In this document: one piece after another, positions 36,346 to 45,331 of the stretch
Numbering within the stretch: position 1 is the first letter of the stretch
How the letters are laid out: each line of letters starts with the position of its first letter
Assembly: GCA_044229145.1 (NCBI GenBank)
Contig: JBGATO010000025.1
Coordinates: 1 to 51,618, forward strand
Source: Candidatus Eiseniibacteriota bacterium
GTDB lineage: Bacteria; Eisenbacteria; RBG-16-71-46; CAZEPH01
Direction of reading: 5' to 3'
DNA length: 51,618 nucleotides
Notes under the pieces: model-generated
What the model saw: the letters and a program-made list of their open reading frames with translations, nothing else
Told to the model about the DNA's origin: nothing
The model's database searches: none
Made by a program: the position numbers and the translations under genes

Positions 36346-37148
36346 CAGAAGCGCACCGTCAGCGCGAGCTGCGACTGAGCCGCGGGGTTGGAGAGCGCGC
36401 CGCCGCGCGGTGCCAGGCCGAGCGGAGACGGCGGCGTCGCCTCGAGCGACACCGTCCCGGGCAGATCCTCGCGCACCGGTCCGAACACGAACGCGTCGAG
36501 CGCGGCCAGCGCCCACACGCCCGCCGCGACGTAGGCCGCCGTCTTGGCGTTGTCGTAGTGCTTCTCCCACGACGCCTTGTGGTCGGCGAGCTTGGCCGTG
36601 TACGCCTCGATCGCGCTCACCGTCGTCGCCGCATTCAAGCTGTCGGCGATGCGTTCGTAGCGCGTCTTCGAGTGGTTGTACTGGGTGGCGAGATAGGTGG
36701 CCACACCCGCCGCCACCACCTCGCTGGTGAAGTAGAACGCGGCACGCCCCGGCCGCTCGTTGAACGACTGCCCCCAACCCGGCACGATGACCGAGCGCGC
36801 GAAGCCCATGACGCGCGACTTCGGGTTCAGGGTCGCCTGGACGTTGATGGAATCGCCGGCGGCCAGCACCACGCTCGAGTGCCGCGTGTAGTAGCCCTTG
36901 CGCGACACCGCGATGTGATAGGTGCCGACGGGAAAGTTCGGCGCGTAGAACGGCGTGAGGCCGGCCGCTTCGAGCGTGCCCTCGAGGCGCACCGAGCCAC
37001 CCGACGGCGTGCTGTGCACCAGGAGCGTCCCGGTGTACGTGGGGCCCGCGGCGGCGCGAGCGGCGGAGACTCCCGCCATCGACGCGAGCGCCACGAGCAG
37101 CGCCGCGCCGGCGCACCAGCGCGCGAAACGATCGGTATCCGTGGTCAT
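36345..37148 (-). CDS. PEGA-domain protein with a DUF5683-like C-terminal region
   Basis: Signal peptide; GTLLVHSTPSG..V.L.G...GLTP....GTYHI.V..KGY (PEGA); RSVIVPGWGQ; C-terminal LTVRF. Confidence 0.75.
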   Translation of the reverse strand: MTTDTDRFARWCAGAALLVALASMAGVSAARAAAGPTYTGTLLVHSTPSGGSVRLEGTLEAAGLTPFYAPNFPVGTYHIAVSRKGYYTRHSSVVLAAGDSINVQATLNPKSRVMGFARSVIVPGWGQSFNERPGRAAFYFTSEVVAAGVATYLATQYNHSKTRYERIADSLNAATTVSAIEAYTAKLADHKASWEKHYDNAKTAAYVAAGVWALAALDAFVFGPVREDLPGTVSLEATPPSPLGLAPRGGALSNPAAQSQLALTVRF

Positions 37149-37219
37149 GCTCCTCTTGAAATCGTGGGGACAGCCGGGGGTGAGCGGTCGATTCTAGGGG
37201 CCGTGGTGGGCTCCGTCAA

Positions 37220-38293
37220 TCACACCGAGAAGCGAATCTCGATGACGTCGCCGTCCTTCACCACGTAGTCCTTCCCTTCGACCCGCAGGTGACCCTTGGT
37301 GCGCGCCACGGCGGGCGAACCGTCGGCCAGCAGGTCGTCGTACGCGGTGACCTCGGCGCGGATGAACCCGCGTTCGAGGTCGGAGTGGATCGCGCCGGCT
37401 GCTTCCGGCGCCTTGGCGCCCTTGCGGATCGTCCACGCGCGCACTTCGTCCTTGCCGCCGGTGAAGAAGGCGTGGCGGCCGAGCAACTGGTAGGCGGTGC
37501 GAATGACGCGCGCCGAGCCGGCCTCGCCCACCGCCATCGCCTCGCGGAAGGTCTCCCGCTCGTCCTCCGGCAGTTCGAGGATCTCGAGTTCGGTGCCGGC
37601 GGCGATCGCCTCCAGCGCCGTGTTCGGCTTGCCGGCGAACAACGGCGCGAGTTGCGCGCGCACGGTGTCCATCTCCTCCGGCGCGCCGACGTTCACCAGG
37701 GCGAGCAGCGGCTTGGCGGAGGTGAGCTGGAAGCCGCGCAGGACGCGCTCTTCACCGGCCGGGAACTCGATCTCGCGCAGCGGGCGGCCGTCGTTGAGCG
37801 CCTCGGCGGCGCGTTCGAGCGCCGGCGCTTCCAGCGGCTCGGCCTGCTTCTTCCCGGAGGCGAGTTCTTTGCGCACGCGCTCCAGGCGCTTCTCGACGAT
37901 CTCGAGGTCGGAGACGATCATCGACGTCTCCATCTCGCCGAGGTCGCGCGCGGCGTCCACGCTGCCAGCCGGATGCGGCGCCACCGGCGAGTCGAAGGCG
38001 CGGAGCACGAGGACGGCCGCGTCGGCGTCCCGGAGAGCGGCGAGCGCGCCTTCGACGCTTCCGGCCGCGCCGCCCACCACGGCTGCATCGGCGAACTCCA
38101 CCTGCGCGGGCACGATGCGCTTCGGCTCGAAGATGCGGGCGAGTTCCTGCAACCGCGGGTCGGGCACCTGCACCACGCCGACGCTCGCCTTCTGCTTGCC
38201 GGATGCGGCCGCCGGGGCGGCGTGGCCGAGGGTGAGAACGCGGAACACGGTGGATTTGCCCGACAGCGGGGCGCCGATCAAACCGAGACGCAC
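37220..38293 (-). CDS. ychF: YchF/OLA1 family ATPase, divergent
   Basis: GAPLSGKST, VPDPRL, LTSAKP, FFTGG.DEVRAW, AAGAIHSDLERGFIRAEV, EGKDYVVKDGDV. Confidence 0.85.
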   Translation of the reverse strand: MRLGLIGAPLSGKSTVFRVLTLGHAAPAAASGKQKASVGVVQVPDPRLQELARIFEPKRIVPAQVEFADAAVVGGAAGSVEGALAALRDADAAVLVLRAFDSPVAPHPAGSVDAARDLGEMETSMIVSDLEIVEKRLERVRKELASGKKQAEPLEAPALERAAEALNDGRPLREIEFPAGEERVLRGFQLTSAKPLLALVNVGAPEEMDTVRAQLAPLFAGKPNTALEAIAAGTELEILELPEDERETFREAMAVGEAGSARVIRTAYQLLGRHAFFTGGKDEVRAWTIRKGAKAPEAAGAIHSDLERGFIRAEVTAYDDLLADGSPAVARTKGHLRVEGKDYVVKDGDVIEIRFSV

Positions 38294-38613
38294 GAGGCGG
38301 AGCCTCCCAAGACAGGACGACGGGAGCCCGGGCCGCGCCGGGCATGCGAAGCGGCGGATTGTCCGTGCCGCGCGCGGGTGTCGTCAAGCGCTCGGGCCGG
38401 GTTGGCCCCGCTGCTCCGTAAATCCTTGCGGTGCCATTCGATACCGCGCCGATCCAGGGCCCGGTCTGCGCCCCGCGCGGCGTTGCGGCCGCCGAAGCGG
38501 CCGCCCACCCCGATTCCGACCCGAATCGCAGATTTTCCGACCGGCCAGTCGAAATCGCCCGCCCCGCGCCGCGGCGCGATTCCGACCGACCGGACGGTAT
38601 CTAAAGCTAGGAA

Positions 38614-38670
38614 AATCAACGAGTTATTTTGGATTGGCCGCTTGACCGGCCCCCTCCTCCGCCCTAGTCT
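38614..38670 (+). promoter_or_regulatory. IHF-consensus site and sigma70 promoter upstream of spt
   Basis: AATCAACGAGTTA (38614-38626) fits WATCAANNNNTTR; TTGACC (38642-47), 17 nt, TAGTCT (38665-70). Confidence 0.55.
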
Positions 38671-38730
38671 CGGGGACGAAAATCAGGTCGGTCATCGTGT
38701 CGAATGAGTCGGAATCGTCGTGGAGGTGCC

Positions 38731-39933
38731 GTGGATCTGTTCCGCAAGTGCGAGGAATACACCGAGGCGAATGAAGTGCGCGCCTGGGGTCTCTATCCCT
38801 ACTTCCGCCCGATCGAGCATTCGGAAGGCACCGAGGTCGAGATCGACGGGCAGCGCCTCATCATGGCGGGCTCCAACAACTACCTCGGCCTGACCCGCCA
38901 CCCCAAGGTCGTCGAAGCGGCGCACCGCGCGCTCGACGAGTTCGGCACCTCGTGCACCGGCTCGCGCTTCCTCAATGGCACGTTGGCGCTCCACGAGGAA
39001 CTCGAGTCGCGCCTCGCCCGCTTCATGGACAAGGAAGCGGCGCTCGTCTTCTCGACCGGCTTCCAGACCAACCTCGGCACCATCTCCGGTCTGGTCGGCA
39101 AGGACGACATCATCCTCATCGACCGTGAAGCGCACGCGAGCTTGGTCGACGGCTGCCGGCTGGCGGCGGGCCAGACGTTCCGCTTCCACCACAACGACGC
39201 CAACCACCTCGAGCGCAAGCTCAAGGTGCTGCGCCCCGACGCCGCCAAGCTGGTGATCGTCGACGGCGTGTACTCGATGCTCGGCGACCTCGCGCCGCTG
39301 CCGGAGATCGTCCAGGTGTGCCAGAAGTACGGCGCGCGGCTGTTGGTGGACGAAGCGCACGGCGTCGGCGTCATGGGCGCGCGTGGCCAGGGCGCGGTGG
39401 AGGAACTCGGCGTCAACGACCAGGTCGACCTGGTCATGGGCACGTTCTCGAAAGCGTTTGCGTCCATCGGCGGGTTCATCGCCGGGCCGCGCCACGTCAT
39501 CGACTTCCTCAAGCACCACGCGCGTTCGATGATCTTCTCGGCGAGCATGGCGCCGCCGGTGGTGGCGGCGACGCTCGCGGCGCTCGACGTCGTGGAGTCC
39601 GAGCCGCAGCGCCGCCAGCGCGTGCGCGACATCGGCCGCCGCATGAAGACCGAGTTCCGCGCCCGCGGCCTCACCGTCGGCGACACCGAGACGCCGATCG
39701 TCTCGATCCTGGTCGGCGAGCGCTACGACACGCTGCGTGCCTGGAAGATGGTGTACGAGCACGGCGTGTTCACCAACGCCATCGTCGCGCCGGCCACGCC
39801 GCCCAACCGCGGCCTGCTGCGCACGTCGTACATCGCCACCCACACCGACGGCCAGCTCGACACCGTGCTCGACAACGTCAGTCAGGCAGTGCACGCGTTT
39901 GAGGCAATGACGGCGGCACGCGGCAGCGAGTAG
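38731..39933 (+). CDS. spt: Serine palmitoyltransferase (alpha-oxoamine synthase family)
   Basis: GTG start after a GGAGG RBS; GLYPYFRPIE, GSNNYLGL, GSRFLNGT, STGFQTNLG, HASLVDG, DEAH, GTFSKAFASIGG. Pattern is SPT-like rather than BioF/Kbl, and the gene context agrees. Confidence 0.85.
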   Translation: MDLFRKCEEYTEANEVRAWGLYPYFRPIEHSEGTEVEIDGQRLIMAGSNNYLGLTRHPKVVEAAHRALDEFGTSCTGSRFLNGTLALHEELESRLARFMDKEAALVFSTGFQTNLGTISGLVGKDDIILIDREAHASLVDGCRLAAGQTFRFHHNDANHLERKLKVLRPDAAKLVIVDGVYSMLGDLAPLPEIVQVCQKYGARLLVDEAHGVGVMGARGQGAVEELGVNDQVDLVMGTFSKAFASIGGFIAGPRHVIDFLKHHARSMIFSASMAPPVVAATLAALDVVESEPQRRQRVRDIGRRMKTEFRARGLTVGDTETPIVSILVGERYDTLRAWKMVYEHGVFTNAIVAPATPPNRGLLRTSYIATHTDGQLDTVLDNVSQAVHAFEAMTAARGSE

Positions 39934-40059
39934 GATCCCGCCCGGCGCGCGACGCCGGCGGCGCGGGAGCACGACGGGCGGCGCCCGCACGCGCCGCCCG
40001 TCGTTGCGTTCGCCCCGCGCGCGCGGCTGGCGCCCCACGGTCGTTTCACGGAGGATTGC

Positions 40060-41181
40060 ATGGCCGCACCGCTTCGCATCGTGGAAGTGCAGGGCAAGGC
40101 GGACGTGAAGCGCTTCACCCACCTGCCGTTCACGCTCTACAAGAACACGCCGCAGTGGGTGCCGCCGCTGTTGATCGATGTCGAGACGCGGCTCAATCCG
40201 GCCAAGCATCCGTTCTTCCAGCACGCCGAGGCGCAGCTGTTCCTGGCGCTGCGCGGCGATGAAGTGGTCGGCCGCATCAGCGCCAGCGTCGACCGCCTGC
40301 ACAACGAATTCTGGAACGAGACCACCGGCATGTTCGGCTGGTTCGAGTGCCGCGACGATGCGGAGGCGGCACGCGGTCTCGTCGACGCCGCGCGCGCGTG
40401 GGTCACAGCCAAGGGCATGACCGCGATGCGCGGCCCGCTCTCCTTCTCCACCAACGACGAGTGCGGATTGCTGGTCAAAGGCTTCGACGAAGCGCCGTCG
40501 CTTCTCATGCCGTACAACTTCGACTACTACGGCCGCCTGCTCGAGAGCGCCGGCCTGGCGAAGGTGAAGGATCTCTACGCGTGGTGGGTGCCGACGACGC
40601 TGCCGACGCCGGAGCGCTTCGTCCGCATGCGCGAGATCGTGCGCGACCGCAAGAAGGTCGTCATTCGCCCCATCAACATGAAGAAGTGGGACGAGGAAGT
40701 CGCGCACGTCAAGGCCATCTACAACTCCGCGTGGGAGCGCAACTGGGGCTTCGTCCCGATGACCGAGGCCGAGATGGATCACATGGCGAAGGACCTCAAG
40801 CTCGGCGTCGACCCGCGCATGGTGATGTTCGCCGAGATCGACGGCGAAGTCGTGGCCTCCGCGGTGACGCTGCCGAACATGAACGAGGCGACGCGCCACG
40901 CCAACGGCCGCCTGCTGCCGTTCGGCCTGTTCAAAATCCTGTGGCACAAGAACAAGGTGCAGCGGGTGCGCGTGCTGACGCTCGGCGTGAAGAAGGAGTT
41001 CCGCGGCCGCGGCATCGAGGCAGCGATCATGGCCGAGCAGATGGATCGCGCGCGCGACAGCGGCTACATCGGTGGCGAAATGAGCTGGACGCTCGAGGAC
41101 AATGATTTGATCAACCGGCCGATCGAGCAACTCGGGTCGACGATCAGCAAGGTCTACCGGCTGTACGAGATGCCCGCGTGA
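40060..41181 (+). CDS. GNAT-fold N-acyltransferase, bacterial ceramide synthase-like
   Basis: WVPPL, HPFF, VVGRI, GMFGWFE, RGPLSFSTNDECGLLV.GF...MPYN..YY, WERNWGFVPMT, LGVKKEFRGRG, SWTLEDN; directly after spt. Confidence 0.8.
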   Translation: MAAPLRIVEVQGKADVKRFTHLPFTLYKNTPQWVPPLLIDVETRLNPAKHPFFQHAEAQLFLALRGDEVVGRISASVDRLHNEFWNETTGMFGWFECRDDAEAARGLVDAARAWVTAKGMTAMRGPLSFSTNDECGLLVKGFDEAPSLLMPYNFDYYGRLLESAGLAKVKDLYAWWVPTTLPTPERFVRMREIVRDRKKVVIRPINMKKWDEEVAHVKAIYNSAWERNWGFVPMTEAEMDHMAKDLKLGVDPRMVMFAEIDGEVVASAVTLPNMNEATRHANGRLLPFGLFKILWHKNKVQRVRVLTLGVKKEFRGRGIEAAIMAEQMDRARDSGYIGGEMSWTLEDNDLINRPIEQLGSTISKVYRLYEMPA

Positions 41182-42206
41182 GCGCTGCCGCGCCTGTCGT
41201 CCTGATCACCGGCGCGTCGGGGTTCGTCGGCTCGCACGTGGCCGACACGTTTCGCATGCGGGGTTACGCGGTGCGGGCGCAGGTGCGCGCGCGCTCGTCG
41301 CGACGCTGGTTGACCGACACCGCCGGCGCGCCGCTGCCCGGCGTAACGCTGGTGGACGGCGACGTCACCGACGCCGCCTCGCTCCCCGCCGCGGTGCGCG
41401 GCACCGATGTCGTGGTGCATTGCGCCGGACTGGTGGATCATCGCGACGGCCCGCAACTCGCGGCGGTCAACGCGGGCGGCAGCGAGAACGTCGCCCGCGC
41501 GGTGCGCGAGGCGATCGCCGCCGGCGTTGGACCGCGGCGCCTCGTCTACGTCTCCACGTTGGCGGTCAGCGGCGCCTCGACCGACGGCCGCCCGCGCGAC
41601 GAGTCCGACGCGCCGCGACCGATCAACGAGTACGGTCGCACCAAGCTGGCCGGCGAACGCGCGTGCTTCGCCCTGCGCGATGTCTGCCAGGTCGCGTCCA
41701 TCCGTCCGCCGGCGATCTACGGCCCGCGCGACGTCGCGTTCCTGGCGATGATCCGCCTCCTGCGCGCGCACATGCGGCCGGTCACCGGCATCGCGGGGCC
41801 GGCGCGCCGCATCTCGATCGCCCACGTCGCGGATGTGTGCGAGGCGATCTGGCTCGCCGCCACGCACCCGGCCGCCGACGGGGCGTACTTCGTGAGCGAC
41901 ACGGTGCTGCACCGCTTCGAGGACGTCACCGCGGCCATCGCCGACGCGCTGGGCGTGTGGACGCTGCCGATGCCGCTGGTGCCGGCGGTGATCGCCGCCG
42001 CGTGGCGCGTGTCGGCCGCGTGGGAACGCCTCACCGGCCGCACTGGCATCGTGACCCGCGAGCAGGCCGAACAACTGCTCGCCGGCGAGTGGATCGTCAG
42101 TACCGACCGGCTCACCCGCGAGCTCGGCTTCACCCCACAACGCACGCTGGCCGCCGGCTGGCGTGAAACCCTCGACTGGTATCGCACGGAAGGATGGATG
42201 CGATGA
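41178..42206 (+). CDS. NAD-dependent epimerase/dehydratase, candidate ceramide reductase
   Basis: TGASGFVG, HCAG, YGRTK, RPPAIYGPRD; GTGA overlap with the GNAT gene. Confidence 0.8.
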   Translation: MSAAAPVVLITGASGFVGSHVADTFRMRGYAVRAQVRARSSRRWLTDTAGAPLPGVTLVDGDVTDAASLPAAVRGTDVVVHCAGLVDHRDGPQLAAVNAGGSENVARAVREAIAAGVGPRRLVYVSTLAVSGASTDGRPRDESDAPRPINEYGRTKLAGERACFALRDVCQVASIRPPAIYGPRDVAFLAMIRLLRAHMRPVTGIAGPARRISIAHVADVCEAIWLAATHPAADGAYFVSDTVLHRFEDVTAAIADALGVWTLPMPLVPAVIAAAWRVSAAWERLTGRTGIVTREQAEQLLAGEWIVSTDRLTRELGFTPQRTLAAGWRETLDWYRTEGWMR

Positions 42207-43093
42207 CGGACGATCTCCGCGGCTGGTCCGCGCCGCCGGCACAGCTTCCGAGCTACGGCACGTTGCTCAGCGAAGGCTGGTCGCGCTACTTCGCCGTGTT
42301 CCCGCAGTGGAGCGCGGTCGGCTTGCCGGTGCTCGGCGTGATCGCGCTGGTCCACATCGTGACCGCGGACTTGTCGCTGGGAGCGCGTGTGGCGCTCTCG
42401 GTACCGCTCTCGCTGCTCAGCGCGCTCAGCGGGTGCGCGCTCGAGTGGCTGGTGTGGAGCGACCTGCACGGCGAAGACATCGGGACGGCCGAGGCGTGGC
42501 GGCGGGCCGCGTCGCGGGTCGGGATCGTGTGGGTGGTGTCGTTCGCGCTCATGCTGATGGTGTTCGCTGGGGCGCTTTTGCTGCTGCTCCCGGGCCTCTG
42601 GGTGGCGGTGCGGCTGCTGTTCAGCGCCACCGCGGCGAACCTGACGCCGGAGGAGGGCTCGCCGTTTCCGGCGTCGTACCAGCTGACCGCCGGGCGGACG
42701 TGGTGGGTGGCCGGGCTGGTGTTGATGCTCGGCGTGGTGGCCTGCGTGCTCGCGATTCCGGTCGTGCTGATCAAGGCGGGCAACGACAACCCCGTCGCCC
42801 AGGCCGTCGAGAACATCGTGATGGCGCTGGTCCTGGGGCCGTTTTCGACGACGGTGGTCGGGGCCTACGCGGCGCTCTTGGGACACCGGGACGCGCTGGC
42901 CGCGCCTCCCGCGTACGCGGATGCCCGGTTCACGGGGTTCGTGCCGCCGGCCCCGCAGGCACCCAACCCGGAGGCGGCCGCGCCGCCGGCGGCACCGGAC
43001 GGCGGGTCGACGGAGTCCGGCCCGGACGCCGGTCCCCGCCCGGCGGGCGACGACGAACTGCCGCGGGGCGGCGCCGCGGCCCCGTTCGAGTAG
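42203..43093 (+). CDS. Hypothetical membrane protein, about 5 TM with a Pro/Ala-rich tail
   Basis: ATGA overlap with the upstream stop; LLLLLPGLWVAVRL...SYQLTAGR.W pattern seen in uncharacterised membrane families. Confidence 0.65.
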   Translation: MTDDLRGWSAPPAQLPSYGTLLSEGWSRYFAVFPQWSAVGLPVLGVIALVHIVTADLSLGARVALSVPLSLLSALSGCALEWLVWSDLHGEDIGTAEAWRRAASRVGIVWVVSFALMLMVFAGALLLLLPGLWVAVRLLFSATAANLTPEEGSPFPASYQLTAGRTWWVAGLVLMLGVVACVLAIPVVLIKAGNDNPVAQAVENIVMALVLGPFSTTVVGAYAALLGHRDALAAPPAYADARFTGFVPPAPQAPNPEAAAPPAAPDGGSTESGPDAGPRPAGDDELPRGGAAAPFE

Positions 43094-43190
43094 GCGTCCG
43101 CCGCCCGGCGGCTGGCGCTTGACGCCCTCCTCCCGGGTGTGGTCACCTTGGTGCTCCGTGAAAACTTCGACTCTCGATCCTGCCGGCTCG

Positions 43191-44177
43191 ATGACCTCTG
43201 CGCGTTTCCACCCCTGGCTGAACCGCTTTGCGTGGTTCACGGCCGTGTGGACGTTTCTCCTGGTGTGCGTCGGCGCCTCGGTGACCAGCACCGGCTCCGC
43301 GCTCGCCGTGCCTGACTGGCCGTTGTCCTACGGCACCCTGTTTCCCCGCATGGTCGGCGGCGTCATCTTCGAACACTCGCACCGCGTGATCGCCGGCTCG
43401 GTGGCGATCTGCCTGTTCGTGCTCGCCGGCTGGATGTGGCGCGTCGAGACGCGCGCCTGGGTGCGCCGCGTCGGCGTGGTGGCCGCGGTGCTGGTGTTGA
43501 TTCAGGCGATCCTCGGCGGGATCACCGTGCTCTTGCGGCTGCCGCCCCAGGCATCCGTAAGCCACGCCGGCATGGCGCAGGCGGTGTTCGCGCTGACCGT
43601 CACGCTGGCGCTCGCCACGTCGCGGGCGTGGGTGCAGCCGGCCGGGCCGCGCACCGGGCGCCTCGACCCTGTGGTCACGCGCGTGGCACTCGTCGCCATG
43701 CTGGTGGTGTACGCGCAGATCCTGGCCGGCGCGGTGACCCGCCACACCTTCGCGGGTCTCGTGTTCCCGGACTTCCCGACCTCGGGCGGGCGCTGGATCC
43801 CGGTAATCGCCAGCGTCGGCGCGGCGGCGCAGTTCACGCATCGCGTCGGGGCCGTGATCATCACACTGACGTTGTGGATCCTGGCGATCACGGTGCAGCG
43901 CCGGGCGGCGGAGCACACGCAGGTGGTGGCGTTGTCGCGCACGCTCGCCGGCTTGGTGGTCGTGCAGTTCTTGCTGGGCGCCTCGTCGATTTGGCTGCGG
44001 CTCCACCCGGCGGTCACGATCGCCCACGTCGCCACCGGCGCGATGGTGTTCGTGCTGACGGTGGCGCTGTACGCCTGGTGCCGCCACGCGGCGCTCTACG
44101 GGTCGCCGCGCACAACAGTCGTGGCGCGCACGGATGCCTCGGCGATCACCTCCGCCGCGGTCGGCACGTCCGCGTGA
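43191..44177 (+). CDS. ctaA: Heme A synthase (COX15/CtaA)
   Basis: GASVTSTGSALAVPDWP, FEHSHR, QAILGG.TV, SHAG.AQ, GAVTRH, HRVGA, QFLLG, AHV. Start could instead be GTG 43158. Confidence 0.9.
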   Translation: MTSARFHPWLNRFAWFTAVWTFLLVCVGASVTSTGSALAVPDWPLSYGTLFPRMVGGVIFEHSHRVIAGSVAICLFVLAGWMWRVETRAWVRRVGVVAAVLVLIQAILGGITVLLRLPPQASVSHAGMAQAVFALTVTLALATSRAWVQPAGPRTGRLDPVVTRVALVAMLVVYAQILAGAVTRHTFAGLVFPDFPTSGGRWIPVIASVGAAAQFTHRVGAVIITLTLWILAITVQRRAAEHTQVVALSRTLAGLVVVQFLLGASSIWLRLHPAVTIAHVATGAMVFVLTVALYAWCRHAALYGSPRTTVVARTDASAITSAAVGTSA

Positions 44178-45136
44178 GCGACCCGGGCCCGCCAGCCGCG
44201 CCCTCCGGCGTGGCGCAGGACGCGTACCTCGCGCCGGCCGCTGCTCTCGTCGGCTCCGCGCGGGCGAGCGACTTCGCCTCGCTGACCAAACCGTTCCTCT
44301 CCGCCCTCGTCCTCGCCACCACCGCTGTCGGCTTCCTGCTGGCCCCGGCCGCTGAGACCGTGCCGCTGGTGCGCCTCCTGGCGACGCTCGCCGGCACCGC
44401 GCTGGTCATCGGCGCGGCCAACGCGCTCAATTGCTGGTGGGAGCGCGACACCGACGCGCTGATGGAGCGCACGCGCGACCGTCCGCTGCCGGCCGGGCGC
44501 ATGCGCGCTCCGCAGGCAGTCGGGTTCGCCAGCGTGCTCGGCGTGGCGGGCATCGGAATCTTGCTGTGGCAGGTCAACGCTCTGGCCGCACTGCTCGCGG
44601 CGATCGCGCTGGTGAGTTACGCCTTCGTCTACACGCCGCTCAAACGCGTCACCGCGTTTTCGACGCTGGTCGGCGCGGTGCCGGGCGCGATTCCGCCGGC
44701 GATCGGCTGGGCGGCGGTCACTGGGCATCTCGATCCCGGCGCGTGGGCGTTGGTCGCCATCTTGTTCTTCTGGCAGCCGGCGCACTTCCTCGCCATCGCG
44801 TGGATTTGTCGCGAGGACTACGCGCGAGCCGGCATGCCGATGCTGCCGGTGCTCTACCCCGCCGGCGCGTTCGTCGGTCGCCAGATCGTGTTGTACTCGC
44901 TGGCCCTCCTGCCGGTGTCGTTGGCGCTGATTCCGTTGTCGCGCGCCGGGACGCTCTCGATGTTCGGCAGTCTCGCGCTCGGACTCGGCCTGGTGGCGAT
45001 GGCGCTGCCGGGCGCTTTCCGGGAACCTACGTACGCGTCCGCCCGCAGAACGTTTCTCGCCTCGATCGGCTACATGTTCCTGCTGCTGCTGTTGCTGTCG
45101 GCCGATTGTCTATGGCTCGGAGGTCGAGGCATGTAA
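44174..45136 (+). CDS. ctaB: Protoheme IX farnesyltransferase (heme O synthase)
   Basis: LTKP, ANALN...ERDTD.LMERT..RPLP.G, YTPLKR, GAVPGAIPP.IGW, WQPAHF.AI, EDY..AG.PMLP. Confidence 0.95.
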   Translation: MSDPGPPAAPSGVAQDAYLAPAAALVGSARASDFASLTKPFLSALVLATTAVGFLLAPAAETVPLVRLLATLAGTALVIGAANALNCWWERDTDALMERTRDRPLPAGRMRAPQAVGFASVLGVAGIGILLWQVNALAALLAAIALVSYAFVYTPLKRVTAFSTLVGAVPGAIPPAIGWAAVTGHLDPGAWALVAILFFWQPAHFLAIAWICREDYARAGMPMLPVLYPAGAFVGRQIVLYSLALLPVSLALIPLSRAGTLSMFGSLALGLGLVAMALPGAFREPTYASARRTFLASIGYMFLLLLLLSADCLWLGGRGM

Positions 45137-45331
45137 GCTCGGCGTTCCGCTGCGGCGCGCCATTGCGCCGACCGGCCACGTGCCTGTAGATTTTCTCGTT
45201 CCTCGGTTCAGCCTCACCGCACCATCCTTCGCCGCGCGCCACGGCCCGCGCGGCAAGGCAGATGCGCACCGGGCCGTGTTCCCCCGGGGTCCGCGTCTCG
45301 CGTTCCCCCCACATATCGAAGGAGGTCAGAG

